A stretch of 64,000 nt of DNA from Nemertoderma westbladi. Its lineage: Eukaryota > Animalia > Xenacoelomorpha. Where the stretch lies: positions 124,001 to 188,000 of the forward strand of contig JAUCBJ010006962.1 in NCBI GenBank assembly GCA_032718475.1. The letters run 5' to 3'. Under the pieces are notes generated by a model. That model worked only from the letters and a program-made list of their open reading frames with translations, was not told the origin of the DNA and made no database searches. Below are positions 12,173 through 24,700 of this stretch, piece after piece. The stretch's first letter is position 1; each line of letters starts with the position of its first letter. Position numbers and translations under genes: made by a program.

Positions 12173-13306
12173 TTATGGAATTTTTGAATAAAGAAGGGAG
12201 TGGTAGGCCAAGTAAAAACATATGAACATGAACAAGTCAGGCAATGTTTGATACTTAAGAAACTTACCTCTAAGCATGGTAAACAATGTATAGATATAAG
12301 TATCACCCCCGTCGTCCACAACATGTGCTGAAGTAATTGAATACGAATCCAAGACCCGTCTGTACCATGACTGGCCGCTAGTGTCGACATACTTCTCTGA
12401 CTCAAACCGACAGGATGATGAAATATCTGCCTTCACGAATGTCGAAAAATTTTTTCCATGAGGTTCACCTTGGCAGGAACGAGCCACACGAGAATGTGTT
12501 TGAGGGCCATTGAATATTGGTGATTCAGTGTAGATTATATAGTGGTACTTCCCTTGCAGGAATTGTAAGATAAACATCGTGTATGGTGCGAACAGGTTTG
12601 TAGCTGGTGGATTGCTCACCTTATCATACTTGGCATCACTTGATTCAAAATCTCCAGTGATTCGTAGAATACAACTAAAGAACCAACCAACTTCCCCAAT
12701 AAAAGAATGAGCGGCAAATAGTACCATCTTACCATTAATTTGCTCGAAAACTTCAGTCTCATATTCTCTTTCAATGTCTTCCTTCACCATATCTGGAAGT
12801 ATGCACTTCGTTATTTCAAGATCTGTTTCCGTAAATCCCTTATTTAAAACACCATATTCATTGTCCACATTGAATAGTGTACAGCGTGGGGCCATTGCCC
12901 AAGTCCCACAAACAAAGAGTTTACCATCTGGACGGATTATAACCCTGCGAATGTAATTATGACTAGCCCATTCTGATAACACAGTCCCTGATATTCCAGA
13001 TCCAGCCAATTTTTCTTTATATTTGGAGGTTGTCAATCCCCACTTCAGTCCTTTTCCGGTATCCTCCATAGTTTCAGTGTCAATAAGGTAGAGCTCATTC
13101 CGCCCGAATACGAATACGCGATCGCCTTCTGGTGTAAATGTAAAATCATTTAAAGGCAGTGTCGCATTATGTGTGTTTGGTTTATCATCGGGTGGCTTAA
13201 AAACCTTCATGTCATCATCAATAACGAAAGTTACATTAACTTGATTTGAAGTCACAACATTAAATATGTAGAAGATCATAAATGCTAAAATATTGTGGCA
13301 GTTCAT
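12173..13306 (-). CDS. Semaphorin-like (Sema domain) secreted protein; probable exon 13306-12268 ending at a GTAAGT donor
   Basis: Hydrophobic N-terminal signal; VFGRNELY, HNYIR, LFVCGTWAMAPRC, YIIYTE, SRVARSC, FSTFVKA match Sema-domain motifs. Confidence 0.75.
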   Translation of the reverse strand: MNCHNILAFMIFYIFNVVTSNQVNVTFVIDDDMKVFKPPDDKPNTHNATLPLNDFTFTPEGDRVFVFGRNELYLIDTETMEDTGKGLKWGLTTSKYKEKLAGSGISGTVLSEWASHNYIRRVIIRPDGKLFVCGTWAMAPRCTLFNVDNEYGVLNKGFTETDLEITKCILPDMVKEDIEREYETEVFEQINGKMVLFAAHSFIGEVGWFFSCILRITGDFESSDAKYDKVSNPPATNLFAPYTMFILQFLQGKYHYIIYTESPIFNGPQTHSRVARSCQGEPHGKNFSTFVKADISSSCRFESEKYVDTSGQSWYRRVLDSYSITSAHVVDDGGDTYIYTLFTMLRGKFLKYQTLPDLFMFICFYLAYHSLLYSKIP

Positions 13307-14213
13307 CCTATCGGCGGTGAATAACGGATTAATTATTTATTAATTAGTTTTCGTTTTTCCCACATATGACATGATATCAAGTATACAATTCTCTAGAATA
13401 GTATTGTTTTATACAGTGTTACAGTATACAATGTTTTGTACAGCCGTAAATTTACGTCCGTCGTAACTCTAAATGAATCGTAAGTTGGATTACGACTATC
13501 GTAGCCATGATTGTCGTATATTGGTATGCATAAAACTGTATATGATTAATCGTACTTCCGATTATCGGAATTTTGTCTTAAACTGTCGTAAACTGTCTTC
13601 TTGCATTAAATTAATTAATACTAATAATAACCGTATACTAGGATGTGTAATTAATGATAAATTACCTAATTCTACCATTTTTCTAAACATTTATTTTCCG
13701 TGTGACAGCTATGATAATGCTGACTTATTTGACGACCTATTGGGCCAATGTGAAGCCATTGTTTCTGAATTCCCTAGTAGTCGTACTTGTATATTAGGGG
13801 ATTTTAACGCCGACCCTGGTCGCAACTTCGGAGCTAAACTTAAAAGTTTCTGTGTAGACGCAGAGTTAACATTGGTAGACCTTCAGCTATTGCCTTGTAA
13901 TTCTTTCAATTTCATAAGTAACGTTCATGATACTGTGTCTTGGCTTGACCATATTTTATCCTCTAAAGATTTTTATAGTAATATAGTAAGTGTTAACCTA
14001 CTGTATAATTCAGTGGGTGATGGTGCCACTATCCATCTCCTCCTGTCAATTATATCCTACAATTGAATATGACTCAGTGCTTCCTTGTGCATCTGTACAT
14101 AGGGCTAATTGGGCTAAGGCGACGCCTGAAAATCTCCGAAGTTATTCCAATAATGTAAACAATTTGCTATGTAACTTAGATCTCCCCGAGGAGGCTATTT
14201 ATTGTTGTGATGT

Positions 14214-16293
14214 TTATTTTATTTATTTATTTATTTATTCCAGACATCAGTAAAATTAAATACATAATACAGACGTCCATATAGCACAGTAAAACAATAA
14301 ATTGTATTATTATAATTAAATCAACGTATGTAATGTAGGGTAGGGTATAGGGTAGGCTTACTATGTAAGCATCCAGTAAAAAAATATATTGCATAATAAA
14401 AATATTAGGTAATATAATAAAAATGCCCTTAGTACAGTAGGCTAGAGTCCAGCATGGCCCGTATCCGCGACGTAGCGGACGTTACCCTGGTGACCGCTTG
14501 GATAAGTTTATTATTACTCGCATCTACTCTGGTAAATAAACTCCTAATCGATTTATGACGGATATGTATGAAACATGGTAGTTTGTTATTTCCAAAAAAG
14601 AGGGACATACTGTAACCACTTTGTATGGAGAATAACAACCTAGCCGCCCTATTATACGCCACCTTTAAACGATTATACACTACAGAAGAGTAATTGCTAC
14701 GTGACCACAATGAATTAAAATATACCGTAGTTAAAAATGCACGAAACAAAGTAACTTTAGCTGATATAGAACAGCATTTAAATTTTCGAACTAACGTATT
14801 TGCCTTTGCGTGTAACCCTCTATTAGCTTTCTTGATGTCATAATCATCATCCCTACTCTCATGAAATAAGTGCCCTAAATATACCCATTTGTGAGCTCTG
14901 GAAATCTGTTTACCATATTAAAAGAAAGGAATAACACCATTATTACTATAACTACTAGACAAAAAATACATGACCTTGGTTTTCTTTAGATTGAAAATAA
15001 TATTGTGATTTACAGCATAACTAAAGCAACAATTGATAAGAGACTGCAAACCAATAGCGGAATTAGAGATGAGACATATATCGTCTGCATACATTATATG
15101 ATTTAATCTACACGAAGTGGGGACTTCGCGCAGCACGAAGTTGGCGAAGCCTTAGCGAATTGACACTGTTAGGGGGTGGGTCAATTTATGCAAATAGTTG
15201 TCGTCGTTAGTTGTTTTCACTTTCAGACCTTTGGCCCTCTAGCGGCAGACTGGAGAACTGCAGATGGATTCGCCTCCTTTGAAAGTCACAGCTAATGGTC
15301 TAATACATATCTGCCAAGTTTCAGCTTAAACGGATTAAAAGCAAAGAAATGGGAGGGCATTTAATGTTTAGACATGTGGCCCTCTAGCGGGAGACCATTG
15401 CACTGATGGTGTCTGAAAGTCTCTCAAAAATCTCAACTTTTGCTCATATTGATACCTACAAATTTTCAACTTGGCAGCTTTAAATCCGACAAAGTTATTA
15501 GTATGTCAAAATCGTAACGACGACGACGACGACAACGACGACGACGACAACGACGACGACGACGACGACGACAACGACGACGACGACAACTATTTGCATA
15601 AATTGACCCACCCCCTAACAGTGTCAATTCGCTAAGGCTCCGCCAACTTCGTGGCTCGCCCCACAACCGTCTAATAAGCACCCCACATTGGTATCCACTA
15701 AATCGTAACTGAGTTGATCCATGTATACGTTAAATAAGTATCCACTCAAAATATCCCCCTGCTTAACCCCATTTGATACAGTAAAAGGACTAGAAAAAGA
15801 TTCACCCCATTTGACCTGCAATGTTTGCTTTCTGTACCAATAAGCTAATACCCTAACAATATACTTGGGTATACCCTTGAGGAGAAGTTTCTCAAAAAGT
15901 TTATCATGTAGTATTCTATCAAATGCTTTGCTAGAGTCCACAAAGCACACATATACTGAAGAACCGTTATATAAATAATAATCAATTATCTCCTTGAGGG
16001 TAAAAATGCACAATTCTGTACCACTACGGCGTTTAAACGAGTACTGATAATCGCTTACAATTAACTGTGATTCAATACGAGATAGGATAATATACTCAAT
16101 TAAATTACTAAATATTGAGGCTATAGCTATAGGTCGATAATTACCCTTATCCTCTATTGGTCCATTTTTATCTTTTATAATCGGAATTAATTAAACAATG
16201 GATTGCGCTAGTTGGTATTACACCGTGAATATTCATAGCGGTAACTAATAAGGCCAATAGTGTGTTGAGCCGGGGGCTATTGCTATTGCTATA
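14214..16293 (-). mobile_element. 5'-truncated LINE of similar type inserted in the outer LINE, TSD GATGT
   Basis: FVDSSKAFD, GVKQGDILS, YADD; (AATA)n tail at ~14214-14240; GATGT at 14209-14213 and 16294-16298. Confidence 0.85.
15113..15662 (-). mobile_element. Non-autonomous asymmetric element flanked by ACA, with (GTC)n microsatellite; short copy
   Basis: Same ends as 56174-57434. Removing it plus one ACA restores the LINE frame LDGC-RLNH. Confidence 0.8.
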
Positions 16294-18378
16294 GATGTGC
16301 ACTGTTGTAACCGTGACCACAATGCTTCCATCGTTAAAGCTACTCTAATGTTGTAAATGCTCTACAAAACGCGACCCGATCTAATATTCCCTCTAACAAA
16401 GTTGGGGCACATAAAAACCCTCCTATTCCAGGTTGGAATGATCTTGTAAAAGAAAAACGCTCTGCCTCTCTAGAAGCCTTCCATATATGGCGAGAAAACG
16501 GTCGCCCGCGTTCCGGAATTCTCTGGGAAGTAAAAAGGAAAACCTCTGCCCAATATAAACTTGCTCTTAGGAATTGTAGGAAGCAAGAATCTACTTTACG
16601 GAATGATAAACTCGCTGAGTCGTTTCTTGGTTCATCTAAAGATTTTTGGCGCAATGTCAAAGCACATAATAATTCAAAATTACCATGTGCTAGTAATGTT
16701 GGCGGGGCTCACTCCGAAGCTGAGATCTCTGACCTGTTTGGTAGGAAATACAGCGATATTTTTAACTCTGTATCTGCGGATCCTATTGATATTTCATTTC
16801 TAAATAATACCTTTATCTCTAGGGATGGGTCCGATAGGCCGCATATTAGTGCGGCGAATGTGGCCGATGCAATTAAGGACCTTGAGCGTGGAAAGGTGGC
16901 TGGCCCCGACGGTATATGTCCCAAATCTCTGAAATTTGCAGGAAATCGCCTCCCTGTTATATTATGCCTCTTGTTTAATAGCTTCCTCACCCATGGCTTC
17001 CTGCCGCAGTCATTAATATCCTGTAACCTGATCCCAGTTGTGAAAAACAAGAACTGCTCGTTGTCCGAGGATAACAACTACAGGCCTATTGCAACTGCTT
17101 CATTGCTGGTATAAAGAACACTGTTTACTCCCCCACATTAAATCGCACGTTAACCAAACTAGCAATCAATTTGGTTTTCAAACCAACCTAGGCACTGATG
17201 TTCAAAAAGATGTTCGATCTTAGGATTTCCGTCTGTGTGATTAGAATTATTATTTTTCTGGTATGCCAACCAGCTTATTTCAGTATCTTGGGGCTCGTCT
17301 CAAAGTAAATGGTTCACAGTCGGCAATGGCGTTTGTCAGGGAAGTTTGATTTCCCCGATTTTGTTCAATATCTACCTCGATGAACTGAGTCAGCGTCTTA
17401 ACAGTTCTAAAGTGGGCTGTATAGTATCAAAATTACTGATTAATCACATTTTATACGCTGATGAACTTTGTCTCATTTCTCCTAGTATCTACGGTCTCCA
17501 TGGCCTCCTCCGCATCTGCGAGAATTATGGACTGCAGTTCGACATCTCCTTTAATCCGTCGAAGTCGAAGTGTATGTATTTCTCCCAAACTAAATTCGGC
17601 CGCATGGGTGATGTATATTTGAACGGAAAGATTCTAGAATATGTTAAAGAATATACTTATTTGGGACACATAATATCCTGTGACTTATCCGACAAACCGG
17701 ATATGTATGTTTTCGAAGTGCAGTTTACCTATAAAGACTCTTCTCTTTAAGGCTTATTGCTATTCGCTATATTGTGCATCCGTATGGTCGACTTTCCGTG
17801 TAGAGTGTTTGCGGACCGTTAAGGTGGCGTACAACTCTGCATTCAGTCATCTATTTGGGTATAGGCGTTGCGACGACGTTGACACAATATTTGACTGCCA
17901 CCGTGTTAACAACTTCAAAGCTGTCAGCCGGGTACTGGCATTCTCGTTGCGTAATCGCGTCGCAATTTCCTGCAATCCAATCCTTGTAGCTTGTGCAAAC
18001 TTAGGTTACTCATCTCTCACTGATCGATGGGATGTGCTGCTTGTGTAATGCTCACCCCCCACTTCATGGCTTGCCCCCACATTATCGCGGCCTTCTCATA
18101 TTTCAAATCCTTGCAAATATTATATAATGTGAATTAATTCAATGTATATCTTATTATTTATTTTTGAATACATCAGACTTGAGCTACCGGTACTCAATTT
18201 TAATATTTAATATTTTGAATTCAGTAATGGGAATTGCTATTCTTTTGGTATTGGTTAGGCAGTGCCTGAGTGTATCCTTTTTTTTGTTTTTTTTGTTTAA
18301 TATTGTGCTTTCAAATTGCAAATGCGGTACCTTGGATATCGATTTAATTTAGTATTCTACAGTATATAGTACTCAATG

Positions 18379-20599
18379 TGTTACGGTATATGGCGCTGTA
18401 CACATTATTAGCCATTATACAGTATAATATATTGGTTCATTATACAGTATAATATATTAGTCCGTTATACTGTACGCAATATTAGTCCGTTATGCAGTAT
18501 AATATTTTAGATAAGACATAATAGCGAGGTGATATTTAGATAAGGAAACTGAAACGCCCATATATTTTGAACTCATCCATTTTGTATAGTATGTAGCCCT
18601 ACCTACGTAATTTTGTATTAAGATATAAGTAGATAGTTCCAGGGTAGCAAGTTCAGTTGGACCCTGGATATGTGCTTGCTGTTATTAGCTTCGATAGGGC
18701 CAGCATCTAGGGACGCAATCCTAACCATTCCGCAGCCAGGGACACGATCCATTACCATATATGGTAATAATTTACGGGTTGGAAGCCCTGAGGTTCACAA
18801 TCCGGCTTTCTAATTGGACTAACTGTTTCCAGGTTGGTCTAATGCTAGCGCGGACTGGAGAGCCAATAGGAGAGCGATTGCATCACCCTTATTGCATCAC
18901 CCTTCTCGGATCACCTATAAATTGGCGGTTTGCCGGTAGAGCTGTACAATCCTACTCCTCTACAACACCAACCCCATCTCAATATTCTGATGTTAGATGT
19001 TTAGGAGTACAATTTGTGCGTATTTTCTGCATTTCTACCCTTTGATTAATTTTCTTGGAATGATTCGTTAGTGTTATTATTCTTAACTGTGTTTCTCAAT
19101 CAATCCTATTGATTACTGCTAATTACAACCGGAACTATGATTTCTACCTCTTTCGTTAATGGTTCTATGTAATTTATTTCGACGCAATAATCCTACGGGA
19201 TTTCTGAGACTGTCAGACTTGTGATTTGCATGCGCCGCTACGGTAGCTATTCAATAAATGGAGGGCTAAGGTGCCAGTAGGCGGTGGGCGCATCGGGGGG
19301 TTAGCGACGAAGGGAGTGCGGAGGATTCAAAGGCGGGCAACGCTGGCGGGGGTCAACGTTGTGGTCGGGCAATTTGAACTGTAGGTAGAGACCGCTCGCT
19401 GGTACGGTAACTAGGGGGCTGATGATCCAGATTTTGTCTCTATTTAGTATTAGGGGGGCAGGAATTGGGTTAGTTAGGAAGCCTAGATGTACCCGGGAGG
19501 GGCCTGCATACCCTACAGTAAATTGCGAATTAGTCAATTGCGAATTATTACGTTGCGAATTATATAATTGCGGATTGTATAATTGCAAGTTATACTATTG
19601 TGATCTGTGATTGCTGACGCTGATTGGTGTGTTACTGAAGTGTGCCTATGATTACGAATGCTTAGGTAGGCGCCCCTTTCTCTTTGATTGATTTCTATTT
19701 CTTAGTTACAACAAATAATTACTGATTAGGTCAAAGTAATACGGCATTTTAGGCTATTACTAGCGAAACCTGTTGTGTAATAAATTAGAATTACGCATTC
19801 TGGAACTCTTAGTAATTAGTGCGCTGTTACATATTTGTGACTGAAATTGATTAGTAAAATTAAGAATTAGTACGCAGCATAGTGGAGAGTAGCTAAGGTA
19901 ATAATTTAGAGTACCGTAAACTATTCACGCTGAGCGGTTATTTGCATTAGCGGGCAATAAGCTAGATCGCAGTAGTCAGTACGCAAGACCCTAGTAGATT
20001 GCTGGCCTAAAGCCAGCTGCAGGCAAGTTTAGACCCAGAGCGGTATCACCCACGAAAGACAGTGTACTGTACCAATTTTTTGATTATTTTAAATATTCTC
20101 GCATTCACACATTCCGTTTGGGAATCCCCAGTATTCGCGATTAGAAAAGACGTAGACAATAGCGTGCTTTAATAGTGGTAAAATTAGGTGTAAGAATACT
20201 CTGAGTGAAAAGCCTCTCGCACTCGTCTTAAGTAAGCTTAGGGAGCCGACTCGGGTTTATTGTTTTGGTTATTCCCGCGTGGCTCATAGATTCGAACAGT
20301 TAGCTCTCTATCGAGCGATCGGTAGAGAAAGGAACAAGTGATTTTGCAGGAGCTGTGTAAATTTAGTAAAATATATTAGCGGACGGCAGATTAGCGCCAT
20401 CCAACGGTAAGTAGTGGTTTTGTATTTAGCAGCCTTTACATTTTAGTAATAGCACGCTCCTGATCCCCTTTACTTAACAGTAGAGCAGTCTTTGTGTCTT
20501 ATTGGTTAGGCGAGAACTCATTAGGTTGGCAGAGAAGTATACTGGTATTTGTCTGTTCAACAGTTCTGCTGTTAGTATAGGGGTCGCGCCAGTTTAACA
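18379..20599 (+). repeat. 5' LTR of element B (2221 bp)
   Basis: Near-identical to 36325-38294 apart from one large indel. Confidence 0.95.
18860..18955 (+). promoter_or_regulatory. Putative LTR core promoter (CCAAT, TATAAA 18916-18921, start near 18946)
   Basis: GCCAATAG at ~18861, CTATAAAT, downstream AATAAA at ~19254. Motif inspection only. Confidence 0.5.
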
Positions 20600-20611
20600 G
20601 TAGGGTATGTG
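20600..20611 (+). promoter_or_regulatory. Non-tRNA primer-binding-site position of element B, complementary to its own LTR
   Basis: GTAGGGTATG follows the LTR CA directly. Exact complement CATACCCTAC at 19507-19516; imperfect complement ACAATCCTAC at 18946-18955. Confidence 0.65.
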
Positions 20612-21795
20612 TTTATTGGCTGTTGCTTGCAGCAGTCAATAGTGTATTCTTAGGCTGTTAGGTAGGATCACTGTTACTGCAGTAATTAAGTAATAAGTTA
20701 GAGCACATGATATTGTCTGCTGTAGGCCATAGCGTACAGTAGAACATTGAGTGTATTCTTAGGCTGTTAGTTTAGATTACTGTATTCACTGGTCGCGTAT
20801 GATAGTACAGTAGTACATTAGGCTGATTGCTGTTACTGCGTACGGTAGAAGGACATTTGTTTGCCGTACCAAACACAGTATTAATTAGGCTGTTAGGTTG
20901 GTGTACGGTTTTACTTACTGTACTGCATACAGTGGAAGTATACGGTAGTGCGTTTTTTACTAATTGCGAATACAGCAGTTCCTTAGGCCTTAGGGCGAAT
21001 TGTAATTAGTAAGTTTTTTGAAATTTTAGCTAGGTTTGCGAGAATTCAGTTTCGGTCAAAATTATTTGTAAAATTCTAGAGTTTTGTACCGGTATGTTAG
21101 GTAACCGCTTAGTTATTTTATACCATCTGGAGATACATGGCAAGACGGAACTTCTGAGTTTGGGGTTCGTGTGGGTCTGCGGGTTCGGTTTGCAATCAGC
21201 GAAGGGACTGAATATTTGGACGTGGACGTGGAATCTCACAGCAAACAAGGTTAGTTGTTCTGTTGGCACCATTGTGTTTGTGGAAGCAGTAAAAAATTAT
21301 CGGTTGTTTAACTGCGAAGCTGAACTCAATTTATTAGTTAGGATATTTAGGTTTAGCCGGCCATGGTTTTTTGAATCGCTCAAGTTAGAGAGAGAGTTAG
21401 AGAGAGTCGCAACCCGAAGATGTAGCCACGCGCTAGTGGATACATATAATATTTGAAATTAAAATTACGTTGATTAGAGCTATATATGCAAAATTGGAAT
21501 TATTTGGGTGGCAAATTTATTCTGAATATTTTGTATTAGATTCAGAAATTATTTTGTGTCATACCGGTATATAATTGCTATAATAGCTATATAATAATAT
21601 TTTTGTTTAAATATTGTGCTAGTATTTGCTATAACTATACCCCATTAAATTCACAATATTGCATTGCGAATTTATTTTGACATTTTGGACCAACTGATTA
21701 TTAGACAAATAATTTGACCGTATTTCGGTTAAATTATAATTATATCTCGAACCTTTGCGAGATATTTTTGCCGAAAGGCAAACATTATTTAGACT

Positions 21796-24700
21796 ATGAG
21801 TGCCTCAGACAAGGAGGCACTAGAGGACAGCTATGAGACGGCGGCTGGACCGCCGACTGACGATAGCGTAAATATTACTGTTGACGACAATGCCGACTAT
21901 GACGACGCAGCGAGCGACGCTGACGTAAGTGAACAGGAGGGCGAGACAGTGACTAGTGAGGAAGAACAACAACCTCAAGTAATAGTATTAGGATCCCCTA
22001 CCGCTACTGTAAGGAAGGATTGTACAGCAGCCCGGACAGAGGTGAGTGATAGGGAGGGTAGTGTAGCAGAAGCGAGAGCCCGTAGCCCGGTTTCCAGACC
22101 TGTGGGTATGGTAAGTGCCGTGGTCCCAATGGCTGTAAGGAGTACCCGTAGTTCCCGAAATAATCCTTCAAGTCCACCGAGTGTGAGTCAGGTAAGCGAG
22201 AGAGAACTTGACATTGCGATAAAGAAGAAACTTCGCGCGCACGCCGGACATATAACTCGGATGACGGACAAGGTAAGGAAGATGTTAGCTGACTCAGCCA
22301 ACATCGGAAGGGTAGAGTTAGTAGAGATTAGAAGAGGATATAACTCAGCATTATTCAAGCAGACGGAGGAGCTTGCAGTCCTAGCGAAGAAGGCAGTAGA
22401 GTCTCAGTCGAGCGACGTGGCGACGAAGGTTTACGATAGGGTTTTGGCAGCCCTGTTGGAGCACCGCGCGTTATCGGAGCGATTTCGGCGAGTTAGGACG
22501 GAGAACTGGCTGCTATGGGCATCACAAGCGCAGGCGACTCAGGTGAGTGACGTAGAGTTGAGAGACTTAGTTGAGCGAGATGAGATCCAAGATAAAGAAG
22601 AGCGCCGTTATCAGAGGGAAGTTACTAGCTGGCTGATGCAGAATGGAGTGGTGGTACCAGGCCAGGTGCAACCGACGACGGAGAACATTCAACAGAGGAC
22701 GTTGACTCCACCCGACGACGCATCCAGAGACAGTTGCGATTCCCAGGTTAGTCACGCGCGAGGGAAAGTTATATGTGCTAGATCCCTTGTTTCTCACAAC
22801 TCGGCGGAGGAGAGAAGACGCCGACTGGACGAACAGCAGGCGGAGGTTTTGCGTGCATCGGAAGCACGGAAGGAAGCTGAGCGGGAACGGGAGCGCGCAC
22901 GTAAGTTAGACGCAAAGTTGCGGGAGTTGGAAGACAAAGGTAAGCGTGAGCAAGCGGAACGCGAATGAAAAGAACGCGAACTCCAACTTGAATGCGAACA
23001 GAAAGAACGCAAACTCCAACTTGAACGCGAACGGGAAGCGAAGAAACGCGAACTCCAACTCGAACGCGAACAGGAAGCGAAGAAACGTGAACTCCAACTC
23101 GAACACGAACAGAAAGAACGCGAACTCGAACTTGAACGCGAACGCAAGGAACGCCAACTCGAGATCGAGAAGGAGCGACAGATGTTGTATGAAGAAAAGG
23201 CGCGACTGGAAGAAGAGAGCGTAGCGAGACGAGCGAGGGAAGAAGAAGAGCGTAAACTGGCGCAGTTGGAAAGTGCGAGATTAAGTTTAGAGAGCGAAGA
23301 ACGGACTAGAAAGGCGAATGAAATCGCCGAGAAGGGGATGCGAATGATCGAAGAATGTGGGGCGAGTGTAGGGACCGAGTTGCGAGAACTGTTCGCACTG
23401 CAGAAGGCCGAACAGGAAGCGAGAACTCCGACCATACGCGAGTCGACGACGACCAGAATTCCTATACCCGGTCCAGCTATTACGAGTACACGGATCGCTA
23501 AACCATTCTCTACATATCGCACGCCAGTTGGTATTAGTGCTTCACCCATCGCCCAGGATCCACGTCATCGGAACACCGCACCACTATACACCGAACGCGA
23601 CAACGAAGAGTTTAGAGGAGAAACTCCGACGGGCCGAGTATTGGGCGAACCGAACCCGCCGGTTTGGAATACGCGGACGGAACGCCGACCCAGTTCGACG
23701 GAGAACTTCCGGGTTCAACCGGAAGAGGGATCATATGAGAGACAGCGGATTACTCAGATAGAGCCGACTATACAACAGAACCCTAGCCAGGAATTTATTA
23801 CGAGGGATGAGTTAAGTGCTAGTTTAGCGCAAGCTATATCGCCGCACATCCAACCTATAACGGACATGCTTAGCAACCTACGGTTAAAGGAAGCAGCCCA
23901 GGTAAGAAGTAATTCTAATCCTAGCAGGCCTGAGTTAGATAAAGTCCAACCTAGTCAACGAGTACGTATATCGGAGGAAACTATACCACATAGACCTCAG
24001 GTAAGGACGCCTGTCCCGAATATCCATAATCCCGATTTTGAAAATTCGAATTTTCGATTTTCGAATTTCGATTTCGATTTCGAATTCGATTTTGAAATTT
24101 CGAAAGATTTATTTAGGATGCTTGGATCAGGGCCTCAGCGCGCAAACCATCGCGAGCGCTAAGGACTGACACAGAATCAAGTGATGAAGAGGAAGACATG
24201 AGACGTCAGAAGTCCCGAAACTATAAGGAAAGAAAGACGGACGCGGAGCAGGTAAGTTTCAATCCCCGGGAAAGGACCAGACTTAACAACCCTGCGGAAC
24301 TAAACCATTTGTTAACCCAGAACGACGCAACCCTTAGGGACATAGGTAAGTTTGCTGCTAGGCAAGGACTGCCGACGCAACAACCCCAGAAGTTTATGGG
24401 TAACCATAAACACTGGAGGACATTCAAAACCTATGTCGACGAGCAGCTAACCAACAGCACCTTTACTCCCAACGAGAAGTTAAACTATTTGCTTCAGATG
24501 CTCCATCGAGAACCTAGAGCCATTGCTGACAACTTCGTCGGCAATGAAAGAGCATTCGAGTTAGCAATGAAGACGCTTAGCGACATCTACGGGAATAAAA
24601 CCAAGATGGCGCTGTCGATAGTAGAAGACTTGGGTAAGGGCGGAAGGATTACAACTCCGTTAGAGCTGTTGAACTTAGTGAACGCTATTTCGAACGCATT

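Larger units (their letters stand above)
13600..18373 (+). mobile_element. Decayed LINE (probably RTEX-like), APE endonuclease + RT; outer element of a nest
   Basis: NIYFPC, ILGDFNAD, SWLDH; resumes at 16294 (IPGWND, GPDGI, NYRPIA, SPILFNIYLD, YADEL, YLGH). Its 3' UTR is split by element B. Confidence 0.8.

Noticed and set aside
15466-15681. Arg-rich protamine-like ORF (also 57250-57438)
   Set aside because: Translation of a (GTC)n microsatellite in a non-coding element.
19301-19610. ORFs within the LTR (repeated at 36996-37305)
   Set aside because: By-products of 15 bp tandem repeats and GC-rich LTR sequence.
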